Source: Bolinopsis microptera (lineage: Eukaryota). From it: DNA of 64,000 nucleotides. How positions within the stretch are numbered: the first letter of the stretch is position 1; each line of letters begins with the position of its first letter. The stretch is taken from positions 19,356,658-19,420,657 of the forward strand of contig NC_087073.1 in the NCBI RefSeq assembly GCF_026151205.1, given 5' to 3'. The notes beneath the pieces were generated by a model. That model saw nothing but the letters and a program-made list of their open reading frames with translations. It was not told the DNA's origin and made no database searches. This document shows, one piece after another, positions 49,712 to 60,446 of this stretch. The position numbers and the translations under genes were made by a program.

Positions 49712-49828
49712 TACGGCGGTGATATTTACACCACAGCGGGAGTTTGCTAGCTCTTCGGCCCTCCCGACTCTCGAGGTCAGACCGTCACCGAGGTCGAGAG
49801 TCGCCTCACAAGCCTCGTACGCCTCAAG
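49712..49828 (+). CDS. RAG1-like transposase exon 5 (Ser/Pro-rich linker)
   Basis: Acceptor TTTCAG and donor GTGAGA. The open phase-2 frame is consistent with its neighbours. Confidence 0.45.
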
Positions 49829-49953
49829 GTGAGAAGTCATTATAAGAAACTTTTTGCGTTTTGTTTCTAGATGTTTGAGCAAGTAAGAATGATGATTAAC
49901 AAGAGCGCAATGCACACTTTCTGCTATCATTAACAACTGATTTTCACTTTCAG

Positions 49954-49996
49954 TGCGAGCGATTGTTTTGGACCAGAGTCCATTATTGAGAGCCGG
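49954..49996 (+). CDS. RAG1-like transposase exon 6 (short)
   Basis: Acceptor TTTCAG and donor GTGAGA. Ends in phase 0. An alternative reading runs to the stop at 50067. Confidence 0.35.
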
Positions 49997-50597
49997 GTGA
50001 GACAGGCGGCCCAGAAAAGGGCTAGAGATTCAGCCAAGAAAACTTTCAGTTTCAAAGATTTTAGATAGATTTATTGTGTTCTCTGAGAAGATTTATCATC
50101 ATTTTGCAATTAAACTTTCAACTAAACTTGTAATTAAACTTTCAACTAAACTTGTAATTAAACTTGTAACTAAACTTTTCACTGAACTTGTAACTATGAA
50201 TCGATGTATAATGTATATTGTATAATGTATCTAATGTGTAATGTATTTAATGTATAGTGTAGGTAATGTAAAAAGTGACAGATAAATACCCAGAACTTGC
50301 AGGCAGTTTTCACGCTCATTGATAATCAGAACTGAATTTTACAACATATTAACATTTAATTTCCCTGAACTGCAATGTATTTATCTGTCAAAGCCCCAAA
50401 CGGTCTATCAGCCTCCACGCGGCTTGGGGTGGGTGGTGTATTGATGTATTTCTGTAATTATCGTACACTAGCGAATGATTCCAAAAAAAGTATTTTCATT
50501 TGTCTTCGGAAGTTACTTAACTCTTGTTGCATGAAACCTAGAGGCACAGTAATCAAATTCAAGTAAAATTCATATTTTAGATCGTATCATGAAACAG

Positions 50598-50746
50598 TGC
50601 CCTTGCGTTGTCTGCAATGGTGAGAAAAGAACTGAACGTACCATAAAGGAGCATCTGGTCGAGTATGGACATTCAAAGAAAACTTTGCTGACAGATTTTC
50701 TCGAGCATTCGACACCAGATGACAAATTGTTCCACTATGCATTGAG
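50598..50746 (+). CDS. RAG1-like transposase exon 7 (CPC-x2-C...H-x5-H zinc-finger-like)
   Basis: Encodes CPCVVCNGEKRTERTIKEHLVEYGH. Donor GTAATT in phase 2. Confidence 0.5.
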
Positions 50747-50851
50747 GTAATTTAGCATTAGTAAATCGTCACAGAGATAAGTCAAACAAAGTTTAAAAAT
50801 AAACTCCATGGCAGTAAGTTGAGCAGATAATTCATCCATTTAACCCAACAG

Positions 50852-51023
50852 GAAAATGCTGGAGAAGAGTTTCTCACAAGGAACAATCGTCGAAGTGAAA
50901 GGTTTACCGGGTAAACCCCTAGTGATTACTTCGATAATCAAGCCTCAGAAAAATATAGCTACACCTGCAGACAGCACGAAGAGGAAACACGCTAAAGTGT
51001 TCAAGGATATCGTAGAGAGCCAG
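50852..51023 (+). CDS. RAG1-like transposase exon 8
   Basis: Acceptor CAACAG and donor GTATCT. Ends in phase 0. Confidence 0.5.
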
Positions 51024-51148
51024 GTATCTATCCTAAATAGTGTTATCAGGTTATTTTTAATCTGTAATAATGTGCAGACCAGATTGCTTATTGATCAACC
51101 AGAAATGGTGATGGTGGTGAAAATAAATAATGGATGCACTGTTTGCAG

Positions 51149-51326
51149 GCTGAATCAAGTTGTTCGAAATGTCCCGAACATGAGATCGATATGGTAACGA
51201 AACGAATAAGAACAGCTCAGATAAATTCGTTATCAAAAGAAGAACGTCAATACATCAGTGCCTCTACTGGAGTAAAGAGTATAGAACCAATTGACGCTCT
51301 TCATGTTGCCATGTTCAAAGCAGAGT
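51149..51326 (+). CDS. RAG1-like transposase exon 9
   Basis: Acceptor GTTTGCAG and donor GTGAGT. Ends in phase 1. Confidence 0.5.
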
Positions 51327-51432
51327 GTGAGTGCTTGAGTTTAAATTCTAACTGTTGATATAAAACATAGATATGAATACCGAACTAACATATCATGAGT
51401 AAGGCAGATTCTCATATTGATAAACTTTCCAG

Positions 51433-51542
51433 CGAACACGGGGACATCCAATGTTCGTAACAATCTGCGACCTATGCTGAAGAAATTTGATATCAAATTA
51501 GAATCAGAGAAAGAGATAAAAGCAGTTGAAGAGTCTTATACT
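51433..51542 (+). CDS. RAG1-like transposase exon 10
   Basis: Acceptor TTTCCAG and donor GTAAGT. Ends in phase 0. Confidence 0.5.
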
Positions 51543-51667
51543 GTAAGTTCTGATCTTAGTCACATACACTACTTGCTGATCTCGCGATAAATTTAGCACT
51601 TAAATCTAATACAGTCTGTCATCACTAAAAATCAGTTAAATTCTCAATTCTCATTGAACATCCTAAG

Positions 51668-51827
51668 GTGAGTTACATGAGTGCAATGGTGTCTCTGTCG
51701 CACAAAGCGGCGGCTCATGACAAGAACGAGACCAAAAGCGGCGATATTCTGGCACGGAGAACACCAGTGGCCTACTGCGATGGCCAAGAATTGCTGACAA
51801 AAACACTTGTAACGTTGAAGAATACAG
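51668..51827 (+). CDS. RAG1-like transposase exon 11 (first catalytic Asp candidate)
   Basis: YMSAMVSLS resembles RAG1 ALVSALMDM. PVAYCDGQEL resembles RAG1 KESCDGMGD (D600). Confidence 0.6.
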
Positions 51828-51941
51828 GTGATTAAGTTTTCTCTATTTCTGTTCGTCATAGTATTAACATTAGGATAGAGGCTGTCTTGTTTATGAATTA
51901 AGTTTTTATCAGCTGACCAAAATCGGCAATTAATGTTGCAG

Positions 51942-52126
51942 GACAGTTACAAATCGGGAGCGATAAAAAGATTTACACAAAAATTTTTATCGATGCAGAC
52001 ATAAAGTCGACAAAAGTTGCGATCAATGTCCTAAATCAACCTAATTGCAACAGCTCCTATGCCCACGCTATGTTTGTGTACACAGAGGCTCCTGACCATC
52101 AGCGAAACATGGATGTGATTTTCAAG
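51942..52126 (+). CDS. RAG1-like transposase exon 12
   Basis: Acceptor TGTTGCAG and donor GTATAT. Ends in phase 0. Confidence 0.55.
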
Positions 52127-52236
52127 GTATATTTCTTTATAAAATGTAAAATTTGATCTGCCTTTCGTGAAATTATAAACCCAACGTCATATAAGTATAG
52201 ACCTGATGACACACAAATGTAAGGTTGACACCACAG

Positions 52237-52478
52237 GTGGTAAATCGGGAGTTAATACAGCTAAAAACACTGTCATTCTGTGGAGCTGATGTTAAGCTGA
52301 TGTTGTGTGCAGACACCAAAGCACTGTGGGCTGTGTTAGGAATGGGCAGCAACGGGACTTATCCATGCCCAATGTGTGAGATACACAAAGACCTCATGAA
52401 AGTTCCACGAGCACAGAGATCAGCTGCCAAACCCCGGACCTTTGCTGGAATCAAGCGAAACTTCGAAGACAACATGAG
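52237..52478 (+). CDS. RAG1-like transposase exon 13 (second catalytic Asp plus CxxC zinc ligands)
   Basis: VKLMLCADTKALWAVL resembles RAG1 KPLCLMLADESDHETL (D708). TYPCPMCE resembles RAG1 VYICTLCD (C727/C730). Confidence 0.7.
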
Positions 52479-52596
52479 GTAATGTAGTTTCAAAATTGAA
52501 GAACTTAATCCACTCTCTGCTTGCATCGTAAGGAATTGAGTAAACCCTGTTAGGTACTCTGTTATGAAGGACTTGACCCTGAATTTCGTTTTCCAG

Positions 52597-52723
52597 GATG
52601 ACCCAGTGTAACCCGAGATCCCAAGCGAAATTCCTGAATGTTGCATCGCGACCTCTCACAGACTGTTTCGGGAATGATAATGATGATCTGATTAACTGGG
52701 TCGCTGTTCCGTTCTTGCACATA
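52597..52723 (+). CDS. RAG1-like transposase exon 14
   Basis: AKFLNVASRPLTDCFG resembles RAG1 AKPFIETVPSIDALHC. Donor GTATGT. Confidence 0.5.
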
Positions 52724-52817
52724 GTATGTGACACGAATTGAAAAACTGTTGATGTTCATTCCTGTTTCAGTCGTGCTTTATTTATTTGAATTAGCTAATT
52801 TTCATCGTGGAAAACAG

Positions 52818-52995
52818 TCACGAAACCTTAAGCTTTCTCAGACCATCAAAGTGGGGACTGTCCTGTGGACTGAGTACGGTAAATTGTGCGAGGACATTGA
52901 CTTTGTGCTAGCTTGCAACGTCACGGACGGATTTCTCCCCAACTGTTATAGCAGCACAACTGACTTCGGTGCCATGATCCTCCGCATACAGCAAG
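52818..52995 (+). CDS. RAG1-like transposase exon 15 (weak acceptor; start approximate)
   Basis: Open frame ...TVLWTEYGKLCEDIDFVLACNVTDGFLPNCY... Donor CAAG|GTACTT in phase 1. Confidence 0.45.
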
Positions 52996-53104
52996 GTACT
53001 TGATAAATGTCTTGTTCCAAAACAATACGAGGGTTTTCGAGTAACAATTAAAATTAGAAAGTATTTTCGTTAGATGGTTACAATAAACAAATTCTCTTCT
53101 TAAG

Positions 53105-53285
53105 GTAATCGTGTAGCCACGAAATGTAACAGTGGCCCGCTCTCCTCTCAATATGAGAAGTTTCTGAGGGGAATTAATGTAATACCTGAGGCTTATCATG
53201 GTGTGTCGCTGACGGGTGTTAGAGCTGGATACCTGCTGAAAAGTGACGACTCCCAATTCTGGAGGGAACAGTTTTACCAAAATGA
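53105..53285 (+). CDS. RAG1-like transposase exon 16
   Basis: KCNSGPLSSQYEKFL resembles RAG1 CQYSFNSQRFAELL. Donor GTGAGT in phase 2. Confidence 0.55.
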
Positions 53286-53396
53286 GTGAGTTGCGTTTAA
53301 TCAGAACAGTTAATCTCATGAACAAATAACGAATGAGTTGATAAATCTCCTTTGCAATTGAAAAGTTACCACGTGAATGACAGGGTCTGTATTCAG

Positions 53397-53595
53397 GAAT
53401 TTGAGACCACAGGACAAGGTGCATTTTCAGCATCGACTCTTAGCCCTCGACAGGATTAAGACCGCCTACAAAGATCTCTTGGTTGTTGGAGGCAAGAGCG
53501 GGAAGGCAGAACCTCAGGATATAAAGACTCTGATACAGTCGAGAGATATCTTTTTAGAGGAGTACAGGAAATTTGGACAGTCATCGTCTATCAAG
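53397..53595 (+). CDS. RAG1-like transposase exon 17
   Basis: Acceptor ATTCAG and donor GTATTG. Ends in phase 0. Confidence 0.5.
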
Positions 53596-53756
53596 GTATT
53601 GTTGTAGCTTGTAGCGAAACTGGCATTCTTCCAACTCCCAAGATAGCCTGCAACAATTTAGGATTCGTGCTTAAGTCTGATATTGGAAAATTCTAGTCTG
53701 ATTAATTGTAGTAATTCTCCAGCATCGTTTTCTTAACAACCTTTCAATTTAACTAG

Positions 53757-53880
53757 ATCCACATGCTCGAGGATCACTTTGTCGACCAGATCATACTGTG
53801 GGGGATGTTATCGGGCTCATTTAACGAGCAAGGAGGAGAGAGCTGTCATTCCCTTTTCAAGCGACATGAACACCTGACTA
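53757..53880 (+). CDS. RAG1-like transposase exon 18 (His pair plus catalytic Glu)
   Basis: HMLEDHFVDQII resembles RAG1 HKTLAHVPEII (H937/H942). GGESCHSLFKRHEH resembles RAG1 GNESGNKLFRRFRK (E962). Confidence 0.7.
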
Positions 53881-54056
53881 GTACGAAAATCAGCTAATTT
53901 AAGACAGTTTGATCAACTCATTTGGAGACAGAAGTTTAAGTCAACTCGTTATTAGCATTAATCACGTTTAAAGTGTACAAATAATCTCTTTCCCCCTTTC
54001 AATTTTCATGCTAGACAGTCACTATACAGTAGAATCTTAACAGCGACAATTTTCAG

Positions 54057-54151
54057 ATCACATTCGCAACGAAGAGGAAAGAGTGACTAAGAAATGTGAA
54101 ATAGCCACCAGGAAATATCTCCTTAAACTTAAATCACGGCAAAAGTCATGA
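54057..54151 (+). CDS. RAG1-like transposase terminal exon
   Basis: Acceptor TTTTCAG. Encodes NHIRNEEERVTKKCEIATRKYLLKLKSRQKS followed by TGA. The summed exon length is 2721 nt, giving 907 codons. Confidence 0.5.
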
Positions 54152-54839
54152 GCGGACACTATTATGATATTTGAAACACATCTTTCGGAAAACGCTGCCT
54201 ATTCATTATTCTACTAAAAAGTTTTCGTAAGCAGCGACTGCAACAAGATTCGCGCACGCGCGTTTTTATCGCCGCGCGAAGCTTTTAAAATTTTGATTAC
54301 GTGTCAAGAGTGTGCGATTAACACAATGCTAGACCTGTACGAAACCTTATTGAAGCTCTTAAAACCGATTAACGTGCAGTTGTCAAGCATAATTCCGAGT
54401 TTTCCGGTCAAAAATGGATTCAAAACGACTGAATAGTGAAAATAGTTTCAATGAAACTCGTTTATTCAGCAAACATGGAGAATAACGCTCCTTACAGCTC
54501 GATGCATTGTTTTAAGTGACTTTCAGGTATTTGAAACTGAAATGCAAGCAAGTCAGCTTAATTCTGACCCATTGATGAGGCATCAAATATTAAATAATGG
54601 TAAAGAGACCGGTTCCTCCCAAAACCTAGTTTTAGAACCTACTTAGATGTCAGACTTGGGTGAACCATGTAGCTGTTAAGATATATCAACTTATTTGATA
54701 TGTGCACGCATTCTACATGAGTTACTGATCATACTCAAATCACAACCACCATGCTAATAATATATTAATAAGCAAATATCATACTTGGAGTTTTATCCTC
54801 GATGGGCGAGCAATAATTGGACGTTTCTCGTCATTCTGA

Positions 54840-55020
54840 CGTTTATCGTACGATAGAGAGGCGAGAAACGATTATCGTGCGAATATCGACGATAATCGTC
54901 GGGATGTATAATAATTGCGCGCAGCAGACGATTATCGTCGATTATCGTCAAACTGCACGATTAACGTACGATTATTGTGCGCGACTAAAATCTGCGAAAT
55001 GGCCCATATTTTCCACTGTG
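54840..55020 (-). repeat. Transib right TIR plus a subterminal CGATAATCG motif array (reverse orientation)
   Basis: The reverse complement reads CACAGTGGAAAATATGGGCCATTTCGCAGATTTTAG...CGATAATCGACGATAATCGTC... Confidence 0.7.
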
Positions 55021-55400
55021 GAACGCGCCTTGCGCGCGCGCAATTTCTGTCGAACTGAACAGTAAAAAGATTTGCTTACTATAGTTTTTACAATTTCGCG
55101 CTTTACGAACTCATCATCCGGTGAATTGGCATTTTGGATATTTCATGCTTGCTGTGAATATTTTAACCAAGTTTGGCAACATTTTTATCTTCAATGGTAT
55201 CATCAGTTGGCCTTAATATATGGCTTTGTATTTGTACGTGTTTAGAATAAATAAGCGACTAAATTTTTAGATAAAGATCAAATCTTATCACGACAAAATA
55301 AATAGAAAACAGCTTCTATAATCTTCAGAGGTGTATTGAAAATTTTCATCGCATCATGAAGATTTCAAATCGGAGGGTATTTCTTTCAAAAGTTGTTACG

Positions 55401-56657
55401 TTACTTTAAACCAGTTAGAGCTAAAATTTCATCTAGATTGGCGCTGATCAAATCTAACTCCTCTTCCATTTTGCCCAAATCATCTCCAACAACGGTATCA
55501 GTACTTGTAGTTGAGATCTCACTCATTGTAGAGCTTCGACCATCAGTGTTCAAAAGGCTTGATGACCCAGAAGAAGATGATGTGTCAGACCTCGTCGAGC
55601 TAATAGAAGTTGATGTCTCCGAGCTGCTTTCTCCTGTCATCAGATTTGACATGGTGAGGTTCCGTCCATGTTTGATATCTGACAGACGGTCGTTAAAAAC
55701 CTCTTTTCTTCTTTCTATATCCCGCTTTTTAGTCTCTACACGGGTTAGCAAGGTACCGACGTCCTCGTTCAGAAACTTCAACTTACCGTGGATTGGTAAA
55801 TCAGCGCTGGCAGTAGAGCGTCTCTTAGCTATCCTACTTTGAGACTTCTTGCGGAGTAATACTTGTTCAAGTAGAGGCATGGAACTGTCAGTATTGGTAG
55901 AGTCAGAGTCAGAGCTGACTTGGTAAAGCTTACCCGATATATCTTCAAACAACGTCATCATCTCTTGGCTCAAGCCATTCATATCTGTCTGCAGAAGTTT
56001 TAAATCCTTTTGTTCATCTGAAGTCACCTTTTCTTCGGATGGTTTTTGTTCCTCTAAAGTCTCCTCTTTTTCAGATGGTTTTTGTTCTTCTATTTCTAAA
56101 GTCTCCTCTTTTTCAGATGATTCACATTCATCAGTTGCCGTCTCATATTCTAAAATACTGAACGAACTTGTCGTGCCACTGACATTAGATTGTGAAGAAT
56201 AAAGTGAACTCTCATCCTGATCAAGTAACTGTTTTCTATTCACACTATTATCACTGTCGGACAGATCACTACTATCAACAGGTGAAACATAACTTTTCAC
56301 TGACTCATTCTCCGACAGATCATAGTGAAATGATGGCGTATTATCTAGTGGTAACAACCCAAACAATGATTTGTTATTGTCCACGATTGCCTGGTTCTCA
56401 TCGACTGCTGAGCTGTCCTGCCAGGATTTATTACCACAATCCAGCTCACAATCTCCAGACAATTTCCACTCTCCATTCTCTAGTTCGGGGACACTCTTTA
56501 GGAACCTCATTAGAGTCTCAGTTTCAATGATAGAGTTGTTAAATAGTCGGGTGGCATGTTTACAAAGGCATGCTGTGGAGAGGGCGTCCAGGGTGGAATG
56601 TAAGGAATGCACACATGATATGAGGCTTGAGAGTGTGATCTCGGTGATGTATAGCAT
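55401..56657 (-). CDS. Hypothetical acidic Ser/Glu-rich protein, single 418-aa ORF
   Basis: Long ORF in an A/T-rich context, with EETLE(I)EEQKPSEKE repeats and Ser-rich tracts. No recognisable domain. Confidence 0.3.
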   Translation of the reverse strand: MLYITEITLSSLISCVHSLHSTLDALSTACLCKHATRLFNNSIIETETLMRFLKSVPELENGEWKLSGDCELDCGNKSWQDSSAVDENQAIVDNNKSLFGLLPLDNTPSFHYDLSENESVKSYVSPVDSSDLSDSDNSVNRKQLLDQDESSLYSSQSNVSGTTSSFSILEYETATDECESSEKEETLEIEEQKPSEKEETLEEQKPSEEKVTSDEQKDLKLLQTDMNGLSQEMMTLFEDISGKLYQVSSDSDSTNTDSSMPLLEQVLLRKKSQSRIAKRRSTASADLPIHGKLKFLNEDVGTLLTRVETKKRDIERRKEVFNDRLSDIKHGRNLTMSNLMTGESSSETSTSISSTRSDTSSSSGSSSLLNTDGRSSTMSEISTTSTDTVVGDDLGKMEEELDLISANLDEILALTGLK

Positions 56658-57822
56658 TCTGAGGGGTGAGGTTTATGTGTAGATTACAGTTTAGATTTAG
56701 GGTTATGAGATACTTTATAGGTAATAAGTCAGGTTGCTAAAATCATCATTTGAGGAAATCAACGAACTTGTTTAGACAAACAGGACACTTTTTAAAAATT
56801 CTTATTCTTTTTGGAATTACCTCTTTTTAATTACCCTTTTTAAAGTGAAGTCACTAACAATACAGGTAAAACCTTATATGTTTTGTGTATGAACCAAACA
56901 TATTTGGTTCATACACAAAATATGGTTTCGTATGATAGCCTATTTAACTATAAATTCTGGGCTATGCTGAACTTTAGACCGCCAGACTTTACAGAACTTT
57001 AGACCGCCAGTGTATAACGGATGATCCTTAACAGTGACATTTATGTTAATCTTTCACAATGCCGACTGCAATTAACTGAACTTCTATATACTTTATTGTT
57101 TTTTAAATAAATGATACAGCGTATTAATGAGAAATAATGTAAGAAATAATGAATCCATAGTTATTCATTATGCAATATTATCAATTTAATGAATTTTCAG
57201 CTAAATAACAATAAGTAAAATGCCGCAGTTTTAGTCTGGATCCTGAATTACATCTTGTATCAATTTAAAAACAAGCAAAAATTAATTTTAAGAGGAATCG
57301 GCAACTTACTTCATCAATAACGAGTTTTCAGCATTAATAGCACTATAGGCTCTAGTATAACTTTTGGTCAGACTCCACAAAAAAGGAAAAATTCGTTCTT
57401 ACAGGGTTACTAAATCACGAGATAAGAACTGATTTCTAAATATAAACTAAATCTGATAAGAACTAAATCATAAGATAAGAAATGATTTCCATTTAAAGTC
57501 TGAATTTTCATTAGCCGATAAAGGGAGTTATCAACATAAAGGAAGAATAACCCAACAATTAAATTAGCCGTCTACACTTTAATAGCACAATTTTAAAAGG
57601 AAATTTGATAATAATACAATTTTACGCAAAACAGTCACTAAAACAGTCGCTAAACAATCGCTAAACAGTCACTAAACAGTCACTAAACAGTCACTAAAAC
57701 TTGTAAAACTTTCAAACTGATAGTTCATGTTCGGCCAAAATTATTGAGTTTGAGAAATCAATGCACTAAAAGTAATCAAACGTAAACCGAATAAATTTTG
57801 TAACAAATACCGAACAACCGAA

Positions 57823-58494
57823 TCACCGATTGCTGGCCTGTCTTGAATCAAACTGGTGCCTGTCGTACGTCAGTAATACCTTGTTCTCCTCCTCCGGTGT
57901 GTGCCATAGTCCCTCATTAGAGGAGTTAAGGCCCTGTTCTCCCGAGGAGCTAGGGAAGCTCTCAAAGCTCTGCTGGTGGTGGTATTGGCTCTGAAGCAGT
58001 GTCAGCTCCTGCTCCAAATCAGGTACACTCTGTGAGTCTATGTTATAGAGACTGTAGTCTGGGGCAGGTGCTAATTCTTTATAGTCCCACGACCGGGATG
58101 GGCCTAGTCGCTTGTGTTTCCCACTGGGTAATTCACTTTTTTTCTGCCTTATAGTTTCATGTAATTGTTTAGTTTCTGGTGCATTGCGGCATTTGTGAGC
58201 AACGCCAGGTTTATGTACTGTGCTAGGTTTCTGCGCCACTATCCGCTGTCTTTGGTCCGTTTTAGCAGTAGCTTTCTGCAATGCACCAGGTTTCTGCAAT
58301 GCACCAGGTTTATGCACCGTGCTTCCGTAAGCTCGGTGCGGCTGAGCCAAGTTGGTGGGTGGGGGTGGCTTCTTGCTCAGATGCTTCTTGCAGCATTTGA
58401 AACAGGACATGAGGATAGAGGCGATGACGACGACAAAGAAGAGTCCCGCAACTGCAAGGATGATACCCAAGTAGTTGGTAGTTTCACCCGACAT
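57823..58494 (-). CDS. Small single-pass membrane protein (likely terminal exon): TM helix plus CFKCCKK juxtamembrane Cys cluster
   Basis: TM segment IILAVAGLFFVVVIASILM followed by SCFKCCKKH. PGALQK is repeated. An acceptor-like CCCAG lies 12 bp upstream in frame. Confidence 0.4.
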   Translation of the reverse strand: MSGETTNYLGIILAVAGLFFVVVIASILMSCFKCCKKHLSKKPPPPTNLAQPHRAYGSTVHKPGALQKPGALQKATAKTDQRQRIVAQKPSTVHKPGVAHKCRNAPETKQLHETIRQKKSELPSGKHKRLGPSRSWDYKELAPAPDYSLYNIDSQSVPDLEQELTLLQSQYHHQQSFESFPSSSGEQGLNSSNEGLWHTPEEENKVLLTYDRHQFDSRQASNR

Positions 58495-60446
58495 GTCATC
58501 TCCTTCCTGGGTAGGGGAGGTGTTGGTTACATTTTATGTTAGAACATTTTATGTTAGAACATATGAATTTCGTGCTCTATTCGAGTATTTGAGGCTCAAA
58601 TAGAACGTTGAATCTATCTGAAGTTTAAAACGGTACGTGTAAAGAAGTATTCGAAGTATTTTGGATTAAAAATGAAAACTCGGCAATTGTCTACAAATGT
58701 TAAAGTGAAGTACCTGGATGTTATGCCAGTTAATGTACAGTTTTATTGCCACATTAATGGAATTTGGATGGCTAAATTATCGATAACTTAATAATAATAT
58801 TTCAATATTGCCAATACAAGAGATATTTCCGTACAGGATAAAGAATATAAAATAGAAGCATAATTATCTTTAATATTGTACGACAAATTTCTCCAGTTAT
58901 TGCTTTAATCTAATATGGTATTGATACAAAGTACAGTATATAATAGTATCTAAGCATGTAAGTATATTTCAGTCACATACACGATATAATATAGCCTAAA
59001 ACGTTTCTGATTCTCTAGACATCTCTACATTTCCGCCCCTTATGGTGCAAGTTACCCCAGCTCTAGGTCTCCACACTAACATTACGTGTAACAGCCTGCA
59101 CAGAGCGAGTTTAAGAGCAGAAGTCCTTTTATTTATGACAGGAAACAGCAGGACGATTATCAGGTGTAATAACGGTCTGGACTACACGCCTCGCTGCATA
59201 TTAGCTCTGCTGGATGGCAAATAAAGGTTTAAACTCAGGGTCACGTGACCTCGTTAGTAGCAGGAGATGGACTGTAGTACTGCAGCTCTAGCAGGCAAAG
59301 TGCAGGTGTAACCTGTATATTTAGCACACGGAAAGTTAATATAGTACAGCTAAAGTTGTGAGTCTCGGATGTAAGAGCAGTGGTATGATCCAGTTCTATA
59401 GGTGATATATCGATTAAAACGTTTACAACCTGAGATAATTTTAATGTAATAATTATAATGTAACTTGTGTTCTCTTAGTATTGAATAGTTAGGTCAATAA
59501 ATGGACACAGTTGTTGAATTCTGATAAGTGATAAAACGGTAAAAGAATTTATAAAATTAAATCAGCTAAAGCGAAATTACTAAACTCTTAAACAAAATAC
59601 CAATAACATTTGTCTCGCGAAATTTAAGAAAGAGCTCCAACAATCAAAACAAAAGCTGGGCTGTTTAGCAGACTTCAGATTTAGAACAAAAATTAAAATC
59701 CAAATTTCCGTAGTGACAAGGTAAGAACGGAGGATGCAATGGTTGATTAGCAAATCCGATTATCATGACAAAACACTCCACTCAATTACAGGATCATTCA
59801 ATGTTCATCATACTTCACTTGTACTTGCCACTTGGTTATCATCTGCCTTAACTATCATTTCCAAATACTGTGGTAAGAGTTTTAAAAAATTGAACAAGTT
59901 TTAGGATAAAAGCATAAAAAGATAGTATCAGCGTAAAATTACGTGTTCTCGATAGGCATAATTATGGAAATTTGAAGGCAACTGTATGTTAATTACCTCA
60001 CTTAAAGATTACATATTTTCATATGGTAAGTTCAGAAATTAGAGCTTAACATCTACCTATTATCAGCTTCTAACTGGAAATACATTTTATTTAATTATCA
60101 CATATTATTACTGAAGTTAAGTTACAACACTTATAATTATTTCAAGCCTATCACACTATTGAATAAAGTAAACCTGTCTGGATGTGCCAATAGCGCAGCA
60201 TAAAAATATCATCATCGTCACTCAATATCATCAATCTTCAGCCTTTACTCAGTCATACGCAGCAGTGCCTCGTTCTCAATATTATACTCAACAGTACGCA
60301 ACTGCTTTGAACTATGACCATCTTTTCTTGTCAACCCTTATCAGTTTCAACTTATCAGATATCTCATCATATCAATATCATATATTTTATATTTTATATA
60401 ATCTGCAAGAAATAAAATACACTTCCTACGAAAGAATTTGATCAGC

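Larger units (their letters stand above)
47716..55020 (+). mobile_element. Transib-type DNA transposon (RAG1-like transposase), apparently intact
   Basis: Left end 47716 CACAGTGGAAAATG... Right end ...CATTTTCCACTGTG 55020. The termini are an inverted 13/13 match beginning with the heptamer CACAGTG. Further imperfect inverted similarity extends ~150-200 bp, including CGATAATCG arrays. GAAC lies immediately outside both ends. Inside is a 19-exon, 907-codon gene with RAG1 motifs. Confidence 0.75.

Noticed and set aside
48975-50067. Apparent separate small upstream gene (NLS plus coiled-coil, stop at 50067) inside the Transib element
   Set aside because: Splice-phase bookkeeping and the RAG1 NBD-like KHRL motif indicate these are the 5' exons of the same transposase gene. 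The read-through to the 50067 stop is an alternative to the GTGAGA donor at 49997.
52359-53433. Minus-strand ORFs overlapping the transposase exons (52359-52646, 52420-52734, 52562-52759, 52921-53433)
   Set aside because: They are antisense to well-supported plus-strand RAG1-like exons and have no domain content.
47716-55020. A RAG2-like (kelch-repeat) partner gene, as in ProtoRAG
   Set aside because: Only ~1 kb and ~0.9 kb of non-coding sequence remain between the transposase gene and the TIRs. No kelch-like ORF was seen on either strand. This is a classic single-gene Transib layout.
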